A DNA stretch of 56,636 nucleotides from Minisyncoccota bacterium (GCA_041657565.1 JBBABQ010000001.1:1-56636); one strand, 5' to 3'; shown: positions 33,230 through 42,215, counted from the first letter of the stretch. Translations and numbers: made by a program. The notes: generated by a model from the letters alone, not told the origin.

Positions 33230-34567
33230 ATGAAAAAAATATTATTTATATTCGTCTTGCTGGGAGTACTGGCGGCAACCGTTGCTTTCGCTATGCCGCT
33301 GGAGAACAATTACCCTGTCATAGGAAGCACTGTTGCTCCGACCTCGACCAAAACAAGCATGCCGACGCTCATAAAATATTTCTTCGGGATTGCCCTTATT
33401 GCCGCCGCTTTTATAGCTTTCGGAGCGCTGGTCTACGGCGGAATAAAATACTTGACCTCCGCGGGCAACGCGTCCCAGACCAGTACGGCCAAGGATATGA
33501 TATTCTCGGCATTCCTCGGCTTGGGAATACTCCTTCTGTCTTGGCTGATGCTGGGCACCATCAACCCAAAACTGACATCCACGGGATCAATATCCATGTA
33601 CGTGGCTCCGGGATCCGGAGTGGTGGTCACTTACGCGGACGGAGAGACCATAGTCTACCAGCAATCCGTCAAATCCCTTGAAGGCACCGTCAAGAACATT
33701 ACATTCGAGCCGAAGAACTACGGCGTAAACGGATACACGGAAGAAAATTGGGAAGGGACGAAATCGGCTATAACCTCGGGGAATCAATCCAGCGTTATAA
33801 AATCCTTGGAGATATCTCCGAAAATGCCCGGCGTTTATTTGTGCTACCAGGAGGGAGGGATCGAAATTTGCAGGGCCTTCACAGGGGGCTCTTCAAGGCT
33901 GGGAGAGGAAAAATCCAAATATAAAACAATAAAAATATTCGACCAGCTTGATGACGCCGGCAATGCGATAAAAAGATACACCGCCATAACGTTCGAGAAA
34001 GAGAACTACGGATTCGGAGGGCTGGACGTTTACGAAAGCGACGAAACACCGGCATCCGGGATGATTGGGCCGGTAAGGACCGGCTATTTCAACTCAAAAG
34101 AAGTTCTGAACATAGATTTGAACACCGACTGGACGGCAGCGTCAATGGCGGTCATTTATCACGATCCGCGGAAGACCTACAGCAGCACCGTAAAAGTTTG
34201 CAGCCAAAAAGACATGACCGGAGAGTGCCAAATACTTGGAGCTCAATCAACGGCCTTCCAAGTCCTTAGAAGCGGCGTAAACGATGAGGTTAGGTCTATA
34301 GACCTGCAAGGAAGCGTCATTAATATCTTGTGCGACAAAGAATGCACCCGTTCGGGATCTGACCCGGACCTGTACGCCGGGTCTTACAGATGCGGCTCCG
34401 GCAACAAGTGCCAGATATTCGATCAATCCAACGCCCCGAACAGCAACTTGACCAACGATCCGATAGGGACCTGCCGGCCGGCCAGCAACAACGTCAACAT
34501 GCCGTGGATCTCAAACCTGCCGTGCGCGACCTATTACATAATCAAGGCTTACGAAAGCGGGACTTAA
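33230..34567 (+). CDS. Second pilin-headed surface protein with a ~330-aa C-terminal domain
   Basis: The head LENNYPVIGS...IKYFFGIALIAAAFIAFGALVYGGIKYLTSAGNASQTSTAKDM...LLSWLMLGTINP is paralogous to the head of the 30755 protein. Confidence 0.6.
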   Translation: MKKILFIFVLLGVLAATVAFAMPLENNYPVIGSTVAPTSTKTSMPTLIKYFFGIALIAAAFIAFGALVYGGIKYLTSAGNASQTSTAKDMIFSAFLGLGILLLSWLMLGTINPKLTSTGSISMYVAPGSGVVVTYADGETIVYQQSVKSLEGTVKNITFEPKNYGVNGYTEENWEGTKSAITSGNQSSVIKSLEISPKMPGVYLCYQEGGIEICRAFTGGSSRLGEEKSKYKTIKIFDQLDDAGNAIKRYTAITFEKENYGFGGLDVYESDETPASGMIGPVRTGYFNSKEVLNIDLNTDWTAASMAVIYHDPRKTYSSTVKVCSQKDMTGECQILGAQSTAFQVLRSGVNDEVRSIDLQGSVINILCDKECTRSGSDPDLYAGSYRCGSGNKCQIFDQSNAPNSNLTNDPIGTCRPASNNVNMPWISNLPCATYYIIKAYESGT

Positions 34568-34580
34568 ACCAATAAATTAA

Positions 34581-34612
34581 AAAACCGCGGGCCTTACGGG
34601 TCCGCGGTTTTT
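34581..34612. terminator. Bidirectional Rho-independent terminator
   Basis: The sequence is aaaaccgcgggcc-ttac-gggtccgcggttttt, a GC-rich stem with one mismatch, flanked by an A-run and a T-run. It lies between convergent genes. Confidence 0.75.
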
Positions 34613-34624
34613 ATTTTAAAAATA

Positions 34625-35068
34625 TCAAACCGGCTTTACAACAACCCTTCTTTCGGGGTCTTCGCCGATACTCTCCGTCTTTATGTCCGTCCTGCTGGCC
34701 AGCTCCATATGGACGATCCTCCTGTCAAAAGCGGATAGGGGAGGGAAAAGCTTCTCCTTTTTGGTAAAGGCAACCTCATCGGCGATCGCTTGCGCCATTT
34801 CCTTCAAATAATCTATCTTTCTTTTTTTATAGTTCTCAACGTCCAAGCTCAGGAATATCTCTCCTTCAAAATTGTTTCTGATGATCTTTGTCAAAAGGTG
34901 CTGGAGGTCCGCCAAGGTTTGGCCTCCCTGGCCGATCAGCAAACTCGCTTCGTCCGACCTTATATTGGCGGAAAAAACATTGCCGTCCAAAGATGCCTCC
35001 AACTCCACAGGGCATTCCATCTTTTGGAAAAACTCTTTTATTAAGTTTTCTATTTTTTTGTCCTCCAT
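34625..35068 (-). CDS. jag: Jag/KhpB RNA-binding protein (KH + R3H)
   Basis: 147 aa. The R3H motif is FDRRIVHMEL. The gene lies downstream of yidC. Confidence 0.85.
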   Translation of the reverse strand: MEDKKIENLIKEFFQKMECPVELEASLDGNVFSANIRSDEASLLIGQGGQTLADLQHLLTKIIRNNFEGEIFLSLDVENYKKRKIDYLKEMAQAIADEVAFTKKEKLFPPLSAFDRRIVHMELASRTDIKTESIGEDPERRVVVKPV

Positions 35069-35084
35069 TAACTATAATATAGAA

Positions 35085-35819
35085 CTATTTCTTCCTAAAA
35101 GCCAGATAGTTCTGCCCTATGGCAAAAATGGTCGTAACAAGCCAGTATAGCCCGAGGCCGGAAGGCAGGGCGGCCAAGATGGCGACCGTCATTATCGGGA
35201 AGAAATACAGCATATATTTCTGCATCATTCCGGAGAACTGGGCCATCTGGTCGTCTTGCCCGCTTTTCGGAGCCGCCGGGGGCATAGAGGTCTTTCCCTG
35301 GAAATACTGGGCGATGCCGACAACGAACGCGAATGCCAAATTCGGTTTCGAAAGGTCAAGACCGAGGAACATCTGATTTATCTCTTGGGGCCTTTGCACA
35401 AAAGAGTAGAGAAGATCAAGGTGCTCTTTCCCGATCCCCGTATTGAGCATGCTGTAAAGAGCGATAAAAATGGGAAGCTGGATGAACAAAGGAAGGATCC
35501 CGGAAAAAGGATTGAAATTCTTTTCCTTATAAAGCTTCATCATCTCTTCGGCCTGTTTCTGCTGGTTGTCTTTATATTTTTTTTGGATCTCTTTGACCGC
35601 CGGCTGGATCTCGTTCAGCAATTTTTGAGATTTTAACGACTGCTGGGTCGAAGGATAAAGAACGGCCTTGGTGATCAAGGTGAGGACTATGATCGCCAGC
35701 CCGAGGTTTTGCCCCGGCAGATAAAGATAGAGGATTATCAAAAGGTTCACCAGCGGCTGGTAAAGGACAACATTAAAAATATTAGTGATGGTTAATTGCA
35801 TGCTCAATAGATTATACAA
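35085..35819 (-). CDS. yidC: Membrane protein insertase YidC (short form)
   Basis: Contains LYKEKNFNPFSGILPLFIQLPIFIALY and five hydrophobic helices. Confidence 0.85.
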   Translation of the reverse strand: MYNLLSMQLTITNIFNVVLYQPLVNLLIILYLYLPGQNLGLAIIVLTLITKAVLYPSTQQSLKSQKLLNEIQPAVKEIQKKYKDNQQKQAEEMMKLYKEKNFNPFSGILPLFIQLPIFIALYSMLNTGIGKEHLDLLYSFVQRPQEINQMFLGLDLSKPNLAFAFVVGIAQYFQGKTSMPPAAPKSGQDDQMAQFSGMMQKYMLYFFPIMTVAILAALPSGLGLYWLVTTIFAIGQNYLAFRKK

Positions 35820-36171
35820 CTAAAAGGCGGTTTTCTGAAAGCCTTATCTTGCCGATGATATCTCTAGTCAAAGCCTCTCTTTCTTTGAACCCAAGCTCTT
35901 TGATGGCGGGGTAGGCGATAAAGACCGCGTCGTATCCCGTTTTTATCTTTCCAAGGTCGCGCCGGACTATATCTCTCAGATGGCGCTTGATCTTGTTCCT
36001 TTCCACCGCCCTTTTGGCGGTTTTTTTGCTCACAATAAAACCGAAACGGCTTTGGCTCAGGCCGTTTTTTGTTATTTTCAAAAAAAGGGCTTTTTGCCTA
36101 AGCCCCTTGCCGAGTTTCAAAACCCTCTCGAAATCCTTTTGTTTTCTAAGCCTGTTTCCTTCCGGCAACAT
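35812..36171 (-). CDS. rnpA: RNase P protein component
   Basis: Contains RLRKQKDFERV...RFGFIVSKKTAKRAVERNKIKRHLRD. It overlaps the yidC start by 8 nt. Confidence 0.85.
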   Translation of the reverse strand: MLPEGNRLRKQKDFERVLKLGKGLRQKALFLKITKNGLSQSRFGFIVSKKTAKRAVERNKIKRHLRDIVRRDLGKIKTGYDAVFIAYPAIKELGFKEREALTRDIIGKIRLSENRLLVV

Positions 36172-36277
36172 AAAGATGCTATTTCGCTGAAATTAAAAAC
36201 CGCTTATTCTGCTAAAAACCAACGCCGCTAAATTCTGCCAATTATTAGGTATCAGCGACGGTTGATCTTCACAAAAA

Positions 36278-36412
36278 TTAAACGGTTAACTGCCAGCGGC
36301 CTTTCTGTCTCCTTCTGGAAAGGGTCCTTTCTCCTCCTTTTGTGGATTTTCTAGCTAAAAACCCGTGGGTTCTCGCTCTTTTTTTCTTTTTAGGCTGATA
36401 TGTTGAACTCAT
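36278..36412 (-). CDS. rpmH: 50S ribosomal protein L34
   Basis: Hand translation of the minus strand gives [44 protein letters not shown] (44 aa). It is too short for the ORF track. Confidence 0.9.
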   Translation of the reverse strand: MSSTYQPKKKKRARTHGFLARKSTKGGERTLSRRRQKGRWQLTV

Positions 36413-36481
36413 ACAAATTCAAATATACCAAATTTAACGCTTTTGTCAATTTAAAAGACGGCAATCCGGCTTAATAACAGC

Positions 36482-36549
36482 TTTTCCACAAGTATTGCAC
36501 AGGGAGGCGATCTTCCATTGAAAAACAGGGAGTTCTTTACTTATCCACA
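36482..36549 (+). promoter_or_regulatory. DnaA boxes upstream of dnaA
   Basis: A perfect TTATCCACA lies at 36541-36549. TTTTCCACA lies at 36482-36490. Confidence 0.55.
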
Positions 36550-36572
36550 GCTTATGCTTTATAATAATTTTA

Positions 36573-36626
36573 CCCCATTAGAAGTCTGGCCGCTATAAAA
36601 AGCTAACGATCGGACTTCTAACGGGG
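36573..36626. repeat. CCCCGTTAGAA-type hairpin in the dnaA leader
   Basis: ccccattagaagtc (36573-36586) pairs with gacttctaacgggg (36613-36626). The stem is 14 bp with one mismatch and the loop is 26 nt. The arm motif is shared with 42111-42215. Confidence 0.6.
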
Positions 36627-36676
36627 CCTCGCAAAATAACTGTTAATTCTCCAGAAGATAAAGTCTGCTTCCCCAT

Positions 36677-38041
36677 ATGACTTATCAAGAGCTGTGGCAA
36701 ACCGTGCTGGCGCAGATCCAGCTTAACATTTCACCAGCTAATTTTGCTACCTGGTTTGCGAACACAAAGATATCATCTCAAGAAGAAGGGACTATTTTTG
36801 TTTCCGTTCCCAATTCTTTCGCGAAAGAGTGGCTGGAACAAAAATACAACAAAGAAATATTAAGAATATTAAGAACGCTGGACAACAGCATCAAAGAAAT
36901 AAGCTACCGCATCGATTTTCCCGCCGCAAAAACAAAAGAGGCGCCCAAACAACCCGACTCTCAAGAATTGCCCGCCGAACAACTAGGGTTCGCCGAATTG
37001 GAAGTGGACAAAGAGACGAACTTAAACCCAAAATACAATTTCCAAAATTTTATTGTGGGGCCGTTCAACGAACTGGCGTTTGCCGCAGCCGAAGCCATTG
37101 TTAAAGAGCCGGGAAAGGTTTATAACCCCCTCTTCATTTACGGGGGAGTGGGGCTTGGCAAGACGCACCTCTTGCAGGCTGTCGGTAACGAACTGTCAAA
37201 AAGAAATCCTCCCTGCAAAGTAAAATATATTCCCTCGGACAAGCTCATCTCCACAATAGTAAACTCCATCCGCAACCGAAGCATCGACGAGCTAAAGGTA
37301 ACCCTAAGAAAAGTGGATATCCTGATAGTGGATGACGTTCAATTCTTCGCCGGGAAAGAAAAAACCCAAGAAGAATTTTTCCACACATTTAATGATCTCT
37401 ACCAAAGAGGAAAGCAAATAATTCTGTCCTCCGACCGGCCGCCCAAAGCGATACCGGCAATAACAGAAAGACTAAAATCCCGCTTTGAGGGAGGAATGGT
37501 CGCCGACGTCAGCCTGCCGGACTATGAAACCCGTTTGGCGATATTAAAACAAAAAGCCGTGGAAAAGAACGCCGACGTCCCGATCAAGGTTTTGGAATAT
37601 ATATCCGCCAATATCCAAAAAAATGTCCGCGAGATAGAGAGCGCATTGAACAGGCTTCTGGTCTTCCAAAAAATAAACAACAAAACCCCGACGTTCGAGG
37701 AAGCAAAAAAGCTTTTAAGGAGTGTTATTGTTTCCCCTTCAAAATTCACCAATCCCACTAGAATAATCCAGATGGTCAGCGAGTTTTACGACCTGGAAGA
37801 TAAGACCCTTTTTTGCTCGTCCCGCAAAAAAGAATTCGTTAAACCCCGCCAGTTGGCCATGTATCTGTTAAGAAAAGAATTAAGTTTTTCTTTTCCGGCC
37901 ATCGGCCGCAAGTTCGGCGGCAAAGACCACACGACAGTAATGCACGCATGCCAGTTGATCGACCGCGAAATGCAAGAAAATGAAAAATTTTCCCAAGAGG
38001 TGGACCTTATCCTGCAAAAAATTTACAGCTTAGAGGCATAA
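36677..38041 (+). CDS. dnaA: Chromosomal replication initiator DnaA
   Basis: 454 aa. Walker A is GGVGLGKTHLLQA. The domain IV motif is GGKDHTTVMHA. Confidence 0.95.
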   Translation: MTYQELWQTVLAQIQLNISPANFATWFANTKISSQEEGTIFVSVPNSFAKEWLEQKYNKEILRILRTLDNSIKEISYRIDFPAAKTKEAPKQPDSQELPAEQLGFAELEVDKETNLNPKYNFQNFIVGPFNELAFAAAEAIVKEPGKVYNPLFIYGGVGLGKTHLLQAVGNELSKRNPPCKVKYIPSDKLISTIVNSIRNRSIDELKVTLRKVDILIVDDVQFFAGKEKTQEEFFHTFNDLYQRGKQIILSSDRPPKAIPAITERLKSRFEGGMVADVSLPDYETRLAILKQKAVEKNADVPIKVLEYISANIQKNVREIESALNRLLVFQKINNKTPTFEEAKKLLRSVIVSPSKFTNPTRIIQMVSEFYDLEDKTLFCSSRKKEFVKPRQLAMYLLRKELSFSFPAIGRKFGGKDHTTVMHACQLIDREMQENEKFSQEVDLILQKIYSLEA

Positions 38042-38319
38042 TTTTTATTTTCTCTTGTGGATTAACTGTTTAGAAACTATAGGACAAATAATTGGAAAGA
38101 ACAGAGGATAAAAAGGAATAGATTTAACGGACTTTTAAAAACAAAAATTCGTCCCGTTATCCCCAGCGGCCATCCACCATTTTTTCCACAAGCAGTACAT
38201 AGGCGAAGGGAACCGCCAACATCTGAAAAATAACGATTTCCAACTTCTTTCCACAACAATATCCACAACGCTAATAATAACAATAAATATAAATTTTATA
38301 TTTTTAAATTACTATTATT
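38042..38319. other. Candidate oriC (DnaA-box cluster plus AT-rich unwinding tract) between dnaA and dnaN
   Basis: The boxes are TGTGGATTA (38056-38064, reverse), TTTTCCACA (38182-38190), CTTTCCACA (38247-38255) and ATATCCACA (38259-38267). They are followed by an almost pure A/T run at 38271-38319. Confidence 0.5.
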
Positions 38320-39465
38320 ATGAAGATCACTTTATTAACCAAAACCCTGAAAAAAGGTTTGGCCGCGGTGGAGAAGATCGCCGGCCGGGTTTCCACCTTG
38401 CCGATACTTAACAATGTTCTCATTGAGGAAGAGCAAAACTTTATCAAGCTTTCCACTACGGATCTCGAACTCGGTATTCAATGGTGGGGTCTTTGCAAGG
38501 CGGAAAAAGACGGGAAGATAACGGTTCCGGCCAAGTTTTTTTCTCAATTGGTGGGATCGTTAAATGACGAAAAAATAGATATAGAAGAGAAGAATAAAAC
38601 CTTGCACATTGAAAGCAAAAATTTTAAAACCCAAATAAAAGGATTTTCCGCTGATGATTTTCCGATCATCCCCACTTTTTTAAAAGACTTTTATATAGAG
38701 GTTAACAGCAAAAAACTAAAAGAAGGGCTGATGGATGTTATAGACTTTACCAGCTTGTCTCAAGTCCGGCCGGAGATATCCGGAGTTTATTTCTCTTTTA
38801 AAGACGATTGCCTTAAATTAGTGACCACCGATAGTTTCCGCTTGGCCGAAAAAACCCTTGCGTTCTCAGAGAAAAAAGAGGAATACAAGAATCTTTTTAA
38901 AAAAGAGGTTAATTTTATCTTGCCCCAAAAAACAGCCAAGGAGCTGATCTCTATTCTTTCCGATACCACTAAGAACGTGAAGATATATTTGTCCGAATCT
39001 CAAGCAATGTTCGAGACGACGCTTCAAGAAACAGACCACCCGGAGGTCAATTTGGTTTCTCGCCTGATCGAGGGGGAATATCCGACATACCAAGAGATAA
39101 TCCCAAAAGACAGCCAAACCAAGATCACTCTAGACAAAGAAGAATTTTCCAAACAGATCAAAATAGCCAGCTTGTTCGGAGGAAAAATAAATGAGATCAA
39201 AATAAAAGCCAACTCCGAGGAAAAAGTGATGGAAATATTGAGCCAGGACCCGGACGTCGGCGAAAGCAGATCTACTTTGCCGGCCAGGATAGAAGGGAGC
39301 AAGGTAGATGTGGCTTTCAATTGGAAGTTCGTTCTCGACGGGCTTAATAAAATAAAGAGTTCTGAAGTATTTTTCGGACTCCACGACAACAAAGGCCCGG
39401 CAGTATTGAAGCCCGTGGGAGATCAGAGTTATTTATATGTAGTAATGCCGATAAATCCCGACTAA
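38320..39465 (+). CDS. dnaN: DNA polymerase III beta sliding clamp
   Basis: 381 aa. It sits immediately after dnaA, has a three-domain length, and ends in the typical ...YLYVVMPI. Confidence 0.9.
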   Translation: MKITLLTKTLKKGLAAVEKIAGRVSTLPILNNVLIEEEQNFIKLSTTDLELGIQWWGLCKAEKDGKITVPAKFFSQLVGSLNDEKIDIEEKNKTLHIESKNFKTQIKGFSADDFPIIPTFLKDFYIEVNSKKLKEGLMDVIDFTSLSQVRPEISGVYFSFKDDCLKLVTTDSFRLAEKTLAFSEKKEEYKNLFKKEVNFILPQKTAKELISILSDTTKNVKIYLSESQAMFETTLQETDHPEVNLVSRLIEGEYPTYQEIIPKDSQTKITLDKEEFSKQIKIASLFGGKINEIKIKANSEEKVMEILSQDPDVGESRSTLPARIEGSKVDVAFNWKFVLDGLNKIKSSEVFFGLHDNKGPAVLKPVGDQSYLYVVMPINPD

Positions 39466-39489
39466 TCTATCAACTAGAGAAGCTCTTTT

Positions 39490-39954
39490 ATGGATATTAA
39501 TGTTGTCGGACAAAAACAATCAAAAAAGAACAAATCTGTTGTTTTTTGGATATTTTTGGCCGTATTATTTTTGATCCTTTTCGGCCAAAATTCTCCAGTC
39601 TTTATGGTCGCGCTGGTCATCCTTTATTTTTATTTAAAGTTCTCGGGGAACATTAAATGGCAGACATGGTCCAAAGAGGGGGATGTTATAGAGGAAGCCA
39701 AATCTTATTTATTTGATCCGGGAGCAGAAAATGATCCTATTCCTTCTCCTTGGCAGAATACAAATATGCCGCCCGTGAAAGTAAAACATTCTTATCGCAG
39801 CGATCATGATCGGGCTGTGGAAAGCGAGTGGAAACAAAGAGGAAAAAATGAGGATAGCGATGAATATTGGAGAGCGAGGGTAGAAGAAAAGACCAGCGGC
39901 GGGGCGATGTTCAAGGGGATAGCGAAGAGAGGAGAGAGCGAGAGGCTTGGATAA
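39490..39954 (+). CDS. Small membrane protein, unknown function
   Basis: 154 aa with two hydrophobic helices (VVFWIFLAVLFLILF, VFMVALVILYFYL) and a charged tail. Confidence 0.5.
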   Translation: MDINVVGQKQSKKNKSVVFWIFLAVLFLILFGQNSPVFMVALVILYFYLKFSGNIKWQTWSKEGDVIEEAKSYLFDPGAENDPIPSPWQNTNMPPVKVKHSYRSDHDRAVESEWKQRGKNEDSDEYWRARVEEKTSGGAMFKGIAKRGESERLG

Positions 39955-39968
39955 TAATGATGGTAAAA

Positions 39969-39997
39969 TAAAAAACCGCTTTCAAGGCGGTTTTTTT
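39969..39997. terminator. Weak bidirectional terminator hairpin
   Basis: The sequence is aaaaaaccgc-tttcaag-gcggttttttt. It has 4 GC pairs extended by A-T pairs and lies between convergent genes. Confidence 0.5.
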
Positions 39998-40011
39998 GAT
40001 GGCCGAATGTT

Positions 40012-42051
40012 TTAATAGATCAGTTCTCCCGTGGTGGTGTTGTAAAGATGGGCCGGGGCTGGAATGGTCACGGTGCCTCCTGTGGTCGTCGTGGCGGCCG
40101 TAGTGGTGCTGTTTTCGCCCGGAAGGTTGATCATCGGTTCGTTGAGCTTGGGTAGGGCCTGAAGCATAAACGCGCGCCAGATCGGGCCGGCCATGGCCTC
40201 GCTGATCTTTTGCATCGGCGCCCGGTTGTTGTTCCCGGACCAAACGCCGACCGCCAGCCGGGGAGTGAAACCGATGGTCCAACCATCCTTGTTCTCTTGC
40301 GTGGTTCCTGTTTTGACCGAAACCTTGTAATTTTCGAAATAAAGGTTTGAATAATATCCGAAGACGGGAGCTCTGGCGTTGTTGTCTGACAGAACATCGG
40401 CGATGGTGCTGCAAACGCTTTCCTCTAAAACTTTTTTAGGGGTGGGGTCGTTTTCGTAAAGGAGATCGCCGTTAGCGTCTTCTATTTTTAATATCGCGGC
40501 CGGGGGGATATAATATCCGCCGTTGGCAAAAGTGCTGTAGCCGGCCACCATATCCAGCAGTTTTACGTCTCCGGCGCCGAGCACCAATGGCAAGCCGTAA
40601 AAAGAGGCTGGCTCGTTTAATGTTGTTATGCCCATCGCTTTAGCCAATTTAATACTATCTTCAAGCCCGGCCATATCGCGCAAGACCTTCAAAGCGGGGA
40701 TGTTCAACGATTGGGCAAGGGCGTTCCTTAAGGTTATCGCTCCGCGGAACAGCCCGTCGTAATTGGAAGGGATGTAATGCTTGCCTCCATATACGCCAAA
40801 ATCGGTCAGTTCGTCGACAACAATGCTTTTGTCGGTGAAGCCTTTATGGAAAGCTTCGGCGTAAATAAAAGGCTTGAAGGAAGACCCCGGCTGGCGGTTC
40901 CCCTGGGTTGCGACGTTAAAGTCCGGCACGAATTTACAGGTGGTTGCGGGGTCGCATCCTTCCGGGAAAGGATCTCCTTCAGGATCGGCAGAGCCGACCA
41001 TGGCCAGGATCTCTCCTGTTTTCGGAGCAATGGCTATCAGCGCGCCGTTATATGCCCCCCAGGCTTGGTTTTTTTCCGTTCCGTCTTTCACGTCTTTTTG
41101 CGCGGCGACCTGGAGGTCCCAATCAAGAGTGGTGTATATTTTTAGTCCCTTTGTTTCCAAAAAATCTTGGCCGTATTTTTCGTTCAGCTGCTGTTTGACG
41201 TAAGTTACGAAATGGGGGGCCAGGGTTTTTGGGAGGCTGTCGAAGGCCAGTTCTTCCTTTTTTGCCTCGTCGGCTTCTTCTTGGCTTATATAGTGTTCTT
41301 CGGCCATCCTGTCGAGGGCATAGTCTTTTCTGGCCATTAATTCTTCAAGATGATAGCCGTAAGGATTGTAATAGCTCGGTCTTTGGATAACGGCGGCCAA
41401 GAGGGCGGCTTGAGCAAGGGTCAGTTCTGAAGCAGGCTTGTCAAAATAGGTCAGGGAAGCCTCTTGGGCTCCGTAAATATTTATGCCAAAAGGCACCTGG
41501 TTTATGTACCATTCCAATATCTGGTCTTTTGGGTATTTTTTATCGAGTTCTAGGGACAGGATTATTTCTTTCAGTTTCCGGTCGATGCTCTTTTCGTTGC
41601 TTAACAAAGAAGAGCGGATCAGCTGCTGGGTGATTGTCGATGCCCCTTGCTTTTTTTCTCCTGATTGCAGGTCTACCCCTATGGCCCTTATTATTCCTCG
41701 GATATCGATGCCATTGTGCTGGTAAAAGCGGGCGTCTTCGGTGGAGATGATGGCTTTTTGCAGAACGTCGGGTATTTTATCGATGGTCAGGTATGTTCTT
41801 TTTTCTTCTCCGTAGATGCTTGAGAGGACCACTTTTCCGTCCCGGTCGTATATCTTGGTTGCCTGGTTTATTTCGTTATCGGTGAATCTTTCCGGCCGGG
41901 GGAGGTCCCTGGTGTAAACAAAGAACAGCGTGGCCGCGGCGATGATCCCGAAAATTATCGTCCCAAGGATCAGTTTGAGAATAAAAAACAGGCCCCTTCC
42001 CAGACCGTTGATCGTTTGATAGACTTTTAAAAATCTTTTTCTTTGCGCCAT
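40012..42051 (-). CDS. Class A penicillin-binding protein (glycosyltransferase + transpeptidase)
   Basis: The GT51 motifs are EDARFYQHNGID and GASTITQQL. The transpeptidase motifs are SSFKPF and KTGTT. There is an N-terminal TM segment and a Thr-rich C-terminus. Confidence 0.9.
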   Translation of the reverse strand: MAQRKRFLKVYQTINGLGRGLFFILKLILGTIIFGIIAAATLFFVYTRDLPRPERFTDNEINQATKIYDRDGKVVLSSIYGEEKRTYLTIDKIPDVLQKAIISTEDARFYQHNGIDIRGIIRAIGVDLQSGEKKQGASTITQQLIRSSLLSNEKSIDRKLKEIILSLELDKKYPKDQILEWYINQVPFGINIYGAQEASLTYFDKPASELTLAQAALLAAVIQRPSYYNPYGYHLEELMARKDYALDRMAEEHYISQEEADEAKKEELAFDSLPKTLAPHFVTYVKQQLNEKYGQDFLETKGLKIYTTLDWDLQVAAQKDVKDGTEKNQAWGAYNGALIAIAPKTGEILAMVGSADPEGDPFPEGCDPATTCKFVPDFNVATQGNRQPGSSFKPFIYAEAFHKGFTDKSIVVDELTDFGVYGGKHYIPSNYDGLFRGAITLRNALAQSLNIPALKVLRDMAGLEDSIKLAKAMGITTLNEPASFYGLPLVLGAGDVKLLDMVAGYSTFANGGYYIPPAAILKIEDANGDLLYENDPTPKKVLEESVCSTIADVLSDNNARAPVFGYYSNLYFENYKVSVKTGTTQENKDGWTIGFTPRLAVGVWSGNNNRAPMQKISEAMAGPIWRAFMLQALPKLNEPMINLPGENSTTTAATTTTGGTVTIPAPAHLYNTTTGELIY

Positions 42052-42110
42052 TTTTGTTTCCGCTAGTTCGTTGCGGCTGATTTATTTTACCACGGCGGGT
42101 TAAAACATCA

Positions 42111-42215
42111 ACCCCGTTAGAAATTCTAAATTCCAAGGTTCTCCCGGAAAACCGTTGTTTTTCAGTTATACGAAGGACCTTCTCTCCTCCTGGTTTTTAG
42201 AATTTCTAACGGGGT
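42111..42215. repeat. Perfect 20-bp inverted repeat (CCCCGTTAGAAATTCTAAA type) with a 65-nt spacer
   Basis: accccgttagaaattctaaa (42111-42130) is the exact reverse complement of tttagaatttctaacggggt (42196-42215). Confidence 0.85.

Noticed and set aside
25920-34567. T4SS-like block considered as a conjugative element (ICE or plasmid insertion).
   Set aside because: No relaxase, VirD4, integrase, replication or partition genes occur in the block or its flanks. Codon and start-context style looks the same as in neighbouring housekeeping genes.
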